NCBI GenBank assembly: GCA_965644315.1
Contig: CBFFRQ010000031.1
Location: 620,001 to 684,000, forward strand
Length of the DNA: 64,000 nt
Source: Caecitellus pseudoparvulus
Lineage: Eukaryota; Protista; Bigyra: Bicosoecida
Direction: 5' to 3'
Part shown: one piece after another, positions 58,613-64,000 of the stretch
Numbering within the stretch: position 1 is the stretch's first letter
Layout: each line of letters opens with the position of its first letter
Made by a program: the position numbers and the translations under genes
Notes under the pieces: model-generated
Told to the model about the DNA's origin: nothing
What the model saw: only the letters and a program-made list of their open reading frames with translations
Databases searched by the model: none

Positions 58613-60177
58613 TTAGGGTGTCAAGCCCCCCATGACAACGTACTTCGTGTCACAGTACTCCAGGAGGCCCTGTGCACCCCCCTCGCGGCCCATGCCGCTT
58701 TCCTTGATTCCCCCGAACGGCGCCGTTTCGGTGGACAGCACGCCCTCATTCACGGCACACATGCCCACTTGCAGCGCATCAGCCACTCTCCAGGCCCTGT
58801 TCAATGACTGCGTGAAGAAGTACCCGGCGAGGCCTGTCCGAGTGCTGTTGGCTGCCTCGACTGCCTCGGCTTCCGTTTCGAAGGCTGCTATGGCCGCCAG
58901 CGGGCCGAAAATCTCCTCCTCTGCACACCGCATGGCGCTCGTGACGCCTGTCAGCACAGTGGGGGAGAAGTAGTGCCCACCTTGCAGGTGCTTTGGCAGG
59001 TCTTCCGGCACGCTGCCGCCAGTCTGCACTGCAGCGCCACGGCTCGCAGCGTCCTGCACAAGCCCCTGCACTTTGCTCACTGCAGCTTCGTTGATGAGGG
59101 GCCCCACCTGCGTGTCTGACAGCAGGGGGTCCCCCACCTTCAAGCTCTTCACGGCAGCTGTGAGCTTTTCCACGTACTCGTCGTGCACGGCGGCGTGCAC
59201 GAGCACCCTGTTTGCGCTGACACACGTCTGCCCTCCAAACCGGAACTTGCACGCAAGAGTGCCTGCGACGGCAGCATCTACGTCAGCGTCTTCAAAAACA
59301 ATGAAGGGCGCGTTCCCGCCAAGCTCCATGCTGGTGCGCTTGACAGTGCTGGCGCACTGTGCCAGCAACAGCTTCCCCACCGCCGTGCTGCCCGTGAATG
59401 AAACCTTCGCGACCTCAGGGGCAGTGCAGAGCTGGGTGCCCACATCAGCCGCAGAGCTTCGGGGGGTTGGCACGACATTGACCACCCCAGGCGGCACCCC
59501 CGCCTCTTCGGCCAGCCCGGCAAAAGCCAGCGCTGTGAGCGGAGTGTCCTCAGCTGGCTTCGTCACTGACGCGCAGCCAGCGGCAAGTGCAGGCGCCACC
59601 TTGCGAGCCAACATGGCGAGTGGGAAGTTCCACGGCGTGATGAGGGCAGCCACACCCACCGGGCTGAGAGTTGTGAAGAGGCGCCTGTCCGGCGAGTGTG
59701 GCGGGATGACGCTGCCATACGCTCGCCTGGCTTCCTCTGCAAACCATTGCACATACCCCGCACTGTACGCCACTTCGCCCCGGGCCTCAGCAAAGGGTTT
59801 TCCTGCTTCCTGCGCCATGAGCTCCGCCAGGTCATCTGCCTTGTCCAGCATCAGCCCGTGCAGCTTGCGGAGCACCATTGCTCGGTGCGAAGCCGTGGAG
59901 GCCCCCCAGGACGCTTGGGCAGAGTGGGCCGCTGAAATAGCCAGCTTTACGTCACTGACGCCCATGGACGCCACGGCAGCTACGCGCTGCCCAGTGGACG
60001 GGCCTGCAGCGTCCAGGCAGTTCAGTGCGGAAACTGATGGCCAACACGCCACCTGAGGGCAGCCGCATGGAGCAGGGCGCGAGACTCACTTAGAACATCA
60101 AACGCTGCCCCTGCACCGGAATGCACCCATTTCCCACCAATGTACCCCAGCTCCACCGCTGAGGCCGCTCTCGCCAT
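58613..60177 (-). CDS. ALDH5A1: Succinate-semialdehyde dehydrogenase (GabD/ALDH5A1)
   Basis: GYIGGKW exon plus intron. WFAEEARRAYG, ITPWNFP, KPAEDTP, SFTGST, MELGGNAP, GQTCV, EEIFGP, PFGGIKESG. An alternative in-frame ATG lies at 60369. Confidence 0.92.
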
Positions 60178-60389
60178 GGGCGTAGGCGGGCAGAGATGGA
60201 TGGAGCGAAATGGCCTGTGCTTGGCGCAGCCCGCTGCTCGGAGAAGGCACAGGACTGCTGGCTTCGCAAAACACAACCGAAAACCACCGCAAGATCCATG
60301 CCGTGACTGATGTGCAGGTCTGTGGACACTGCTCGTCGCCCCCAAACCTGAGCGGCAGCAACGCAGCATCTGCCTCTGCCACCAGAGCC

Positions 60390-62062
60390 ATGGCGGAGCA
60401 GGCCTTTCAGAGTGTTGCAGTGGGAGGGCCCCGAAGCATTGTAGCCCACGAACTTGATGATGGTGTTGCGTCCAGTGGCCTTGCGGATGATATCAAGCCA
60501 GCCAGCTCAAAGATCAAGACGAGAGGCAAGGCTCTTTGGCGTTTCGCCCCAGATGGTGCCCGGGTCAACCGTCTCCGCGCTTGCCGCTCGCAGTTGGACG
60601 ATCAGCGTTGTATGAAGGAATAGCAAGCTCAGTGTTGTTCATCATCGCCATTGTCCGTGCCTGCTGCTGTGCAGGGGCTTCGCCTGGGCCCGCACACCAG
60701 GCGGTGCCTCCTGCCGTTTGCAGGCAGCCAATGAAACGAATGGGCAGTCCAGTCGATTGCTTGCGGCGCACGCAGGCACGCCAGTGCTGAACATGATGTT
60801 TGTGCGACCTGTACTTGGATGGGTGCGTGTGCCGATCGGCTGCCCAGCCACGAGGTCAATCGACGCCAATCTCGTCCTCGCAGGCTGCTTCGCTTGTGGG
60901 CGTGAGCTTGTGGCGCTGGCACAGGTGCCTGCACGAGTACTGGCTGGCCAGGTACAACCTGCTGCTCATAGTGAATGCTCTGATTAGTGCGTGCGAGTTC
61001 CTGTATACATGGCGCAGTCTCCCACACAGCCGCTGCTGTTCCGCAGGTGTGTGGGCTGCCGTGGCCACTGCCGTGTCCATCGGGGCAGCAGACGTGCTGA
61101 ATGAAGCGAGCGGGTTCAACTTCAATCTTCGCCTGCAAATGGCCTTCTCTTTGCTTCTCTTCATCGTCCAGAGCGTGCTGAACCCGCTGTACATCGTGTC
61201 CATGGCCAGGTACTGGCTTGAGTTCAAGCGTTTCGAGTTTGACCCTGCGCAGGATGGGTTCGCGGAGCAGGAGCCACCACCCACAGCGCTGTGGGTGCAG
61301 CGGGTGATGGGGTGCGCTAAACTCCCAAGGCCAGCGGCAGAAGTGCCGGGGCCCCGATCTCGCACAATCAACCAGCTCCCAACGACGGATGACACCGGCG
61401 CGAGCTCTGACGATGAGAGTCACACCTCTCCTTCCGGTGCTTCGTCAGACACCACATCGGAGCGAAGTGAATGGGCCAGTGACTCTGACGTTGAAGTTGG
61501 CATGTCTTTTGCGGTGGGTGGTGCTGTCCCAAGCGCACCACCCGCTCCTCACACGCCACCCTTGGGTCCCCCGGTGCTGCCCGTCACCACACACAGCAGT
61601 GGACCAAGCACGCCCCCTTTGACCCCCCTGCCCACCCCCGCTTCAGTGGCCGCGCCCCAGTCGATCCCGGCAGGGCATGCAGCGCCCGAGGCAGGCGACC
61701 TGCAAGTCACGCCGTCCATGTTTGAAGGGCTGTGGGAGAGTCTGCCAACGGCAGGGGAGTTCTCTTCTGAAGTGACAAGCTTTCCTTCTCTTCAGGCCAT
61801 GCGTGAGCACTTGAGCTCACGTGGCTTCGTTGTTGTGGCAAGTGGCGGGAGTCAAGAGGTGGACGGGACTGAGACACTCTTTGCCGCGTGGAGGTGCCCG
61901 GCCGTGCAGCCCCCCTTCTGCCTGGTGCAGGTTGAGTTGGAGGGCGGCAACGAGCAGATCCGAGTGCTGTTCAAGGCGCCTGCTGATCACGACACCACTT
62001 CCACTGCCAGGGCGATGGATCTGGCTGCTGTATGTGGTGGTTTGGTGCCTGCCTCATCGTAG
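60390..62062 (+). CDS. Multi-pass membrane protein with C-terminal beta-adaptin appendage platform-like domain
   Basis: Four exons (first intron GC-AG, 60526-60593), several hydrophobic segments and a Ser/Pro linker. C-terminal VTPSMFEGLWESLP..HLSSRGFVVVASG..FCLVQVEL..VLFKA resembles B2-adapt-app_C. Confidence 0.7.
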
Positions 62063-62359
62063 TGGTATCGTGGGAGCTGTGGAGTGTGCAGCGACAAGGG
62101 CCGCTAAGGACTGCCCCAGCGCAGGCAGTGTAGTCCTTTCAACTTCCCAGCATTCGGCACCACGTGACACCCAGTTCGAGCCGCTTGCCAAGGTTTTGGT
62201 CTGGCTGTCCACTGATTGCACCGCTGTGCCGGCCAGGGCACCAGCGCTGCGCTAGCAAATTCAAACCATAATCAAACCCTCGTAGCAACACCTTCACCCA
62301 GGGTGCGTTTCCCCCAGTGGCTGCTTTCGCTTGCGTTGCAGGGCAGGGACGGTCACAGC

Positions 62360-64000
62360 ATGGCAGTGCCCGGGACCGCTCTCCCAGGCACAGGGGTGCC
62401 TGGCACGTCTGCCGGCGCCTTGTACTACACCCGGGCGGGGGTGCAGGAAGGCACGTACACGGGGACGGTGTACGGCTTGATCAAGGAGCAGAAGTACGAT
62501 GAGGCGGCGCAGATCCTGAGCATGGAGCTGCAGACGTTCCCCCGGTCCAGGGCCGCACTGTCCCTGCTGGGCCACTGCTACTACCACATGCAAGACTTCA
62601 GGTCAGCGGCCCTGACCTATGAGCAGCTCGTGCGATTCCATCCTGAGGTGGAGGAGTACAAGATGTACTTGGCTCAGAGCCTGTTCAAGGCAGGGCTGTA
62701 CGAAGACGCCACCAAGGCCTGCATGCGGGTGGACAACGAGAAGTATGAGCAACGCCTGCTGCAGCTGCACGCCGCCATCAAGTACGAGCAGGACGAGCTG
62801 GCAGCGTGCACAACCCTCGTGGACCAGTGCGTGCCAGACGAGCCTGACACCATCGTGAACAAGGGCTGCATTGCGTACAAGTCGGGCGATTTCGAGGGGG
62901 CACAGGGGCTGTTTTCAGACGCCATGAGCAGCCTTGGGTACCAGGCAGACTTGACGTACAACATCGCCCTGTGCGCGTACGGCGCGAAGAAGTACGGGGA
63001 GTGCCTTAAGCATGTAGCTGGCATCATTGAGCGAGGGGTGAGGGAGCACCCTGAGCTGTCTGTGGGCAGCAACACCGACGGCGTGGAGGTGGGTAGAAAC
63101 GCGCTCGTAACGCCGCTGGCGACAGCTCCAACGGAAACGGCCGCGCCCGCCCGGCACACCTGCAGCACGCGCCCCGCGCGCCCTTCCTTGCAGGCACGGA
63201 GTGTGGGTAACACACAGATCCTACGCGACACAGCTCTTGTCGAGGCCTTCAACCTGAAGGCGGCAGTGGAGTTTAACCTGGGCAACTTCGAAGCCGCGAG
63301 GGTCAGCTTGTCAGACATGCCTCCGCGTGCCGAGGCTGAGATTGACCCCGTCACCTTGCACAATCAGGCCCTCATGCACATGGACGAGGAGCCTCAGGAT
63401 GGCTTCCGCAAGCTGAACTTCCTGCTGGCCAACCCGCCGTTCCCGCCGGAGACCTTCGCAAACTTGCTGCTGCTGTATGCCAAGCACCAGTACTTCGACC
63501 TGGCGGCAGATGTGCTGGCAGAGAACATGCACCTGACACAGAAGTACCTGCACCCGGAGCTCTTCGACTTCCTGGATGCCATCATCATGACTGAGACTGC
63601 CCCAGAGGAGGCGTACCGCAAGCTGGACCTGCTGGCGTCCGGCCACGTCGAGGCGCTGCGCAAGCACACCAAGGCCATTCAGGACTCCCGCCTGGGGCAC
63701 CAAGAGGCCGGTGTGCAGGATGGCTTGCAGGTGTACGACGAGGCGCTGGACCGCTTCGTCCCCGTGCTCATGTGGATGGCGAAGATCTACTGGGATCGGG
63801 AGAACTACGAGCAGGTGGAGAAGATCTTCAAGCAGAGTATGGAGTTCTGCCAGCAGCACGACGTGTGGAGGCTGAACGTTGCCCACACCTTCTTCATGCA
63901 GGAGGGCAAGTACCGGCAGGCCATCCACTACTACGAGCCGTTCGTGAAGAAGCACATGGACAACATCCTGGACGTCACAGCCATTGTCCTGGCCAACGTC
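62360..64000 (+). CDS. IFT70: Intraflagellar transport protein 70 (TTC30/DYF-1), 3' truncated by window
   Basis: GTYTGTVYGLIKE, RAALSLLGHCYY, IIERGVREHPEL, intron 63089-63193, LVEAFNLKAA, DMPPRAEAEIDPVTLHNQAL, PFPPETFANLLLLY. Confidence 0.96.
   Translation, partial: MAVPGTALPGTGVPGTSAGALYYTRAGVQEGTYTGTVYGLIKEQKYDEAAQILSMELQTFPRSRAALSLLGHCYYHMQDFRSAALTYEQLVRFHPEVEEYKMYLAQSLFKAGLYEDATKACMRVDNEKYEQRLLQLHAAIKYEQDELAACTTLVDQCVPDEPDTIVNKGCIAYKSGDFEGAQGLFSDAMSSLGYQADLTYNIALCAYGAKKYGECLKHVAGIIERGVREHPELSVGSNTDGVEVGRNALVTPLATAPTETAAPARHTCSTRPARPSLQARSVGNTQILRDTALVEAFNLKAAVEFNLGNFEAARVSLSDMPPRAEAEIDPVTLHNQALMHMDEEPQDGFRKLNFLLANPPFPPETFANLLLLYAKHQYFDLAADVLAENMHLTQKYLHPELFDFLDAIIMTETAPEEAYRKLDLLASGHVEALRKHTKAIQDSRLGHQEAGVQDGLQVYDEALDRFVPVLMWMAKIYWDRENYEQVEKIFKQSMEFCQQHDVWRLNVAHTFFMQEGKYRQAIHYYEPFVKKHMDNILDVTAIVLANV

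Noticed and set aside
41522-60056. Many long antisense ORFs (e.g. 42239-43498, 48708-50018, 54409-55503, 59073-60056)
   Set aside because: These are shadow ORFs of GC-rich coding sequence on the opposite strand and carry no motifs.
60178-60369. Extended SSADH N-terminus from ATG 60369
   Set aside because: It would leave only 20 bp to the divergent ATG at 60390. Not excluded, but less plausible than ATG 60177.

Overview
This is eukaryotic nuclear DNA: GC-rich and very gene-dense, with about 26 protein-coding genes, short (about 60-165 nt) mostly GT-AG introns and one tRNA gene. It comes from a flagellated protist (IFT43, IFT70 and DRC10 are present); a heterotrophic stramenopile is plausible but only inferred. 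Most genes are housekeeping or regulatory: SWIB/DEK-C, KTI12, Myb, TrpD, cyclophilin B, MAPR, WDR5, IRE1, SCaMC carrier, two TBC RabGAPs, RAD54B, NOSIP, PRP18, NPL-FKBP, sterol methyltransferase and SSADH. The most striking structure is a pair of divergently oriented TmcB/TmcC-like multi-TM PAS receptor paralogs (start 5233 on minus; 18445-24038 on plus). They are strongly diverged except for a near-identical core of about 1.34 kb (2458-3796 vs 19809-21147) that forms a long inverted repeat around about 16 kb. Recombination there would invert the segment and swap promoter/N-terminal halves between the two receptors. Other notable items are a tRNA-CAT mixing initiator and elongator features next to KTI12, an IRE1 with a C-terminal CCCH zinc finger, a membrane protein carrying a beta-adaptin ear platform domain, and a proline-rich protein built from three tandem-repeat families. 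Gene models were spliced by eye and family calls come from recognised motifs; no database searches were run. No mobile element, CRISPR array or rRNA was seen.
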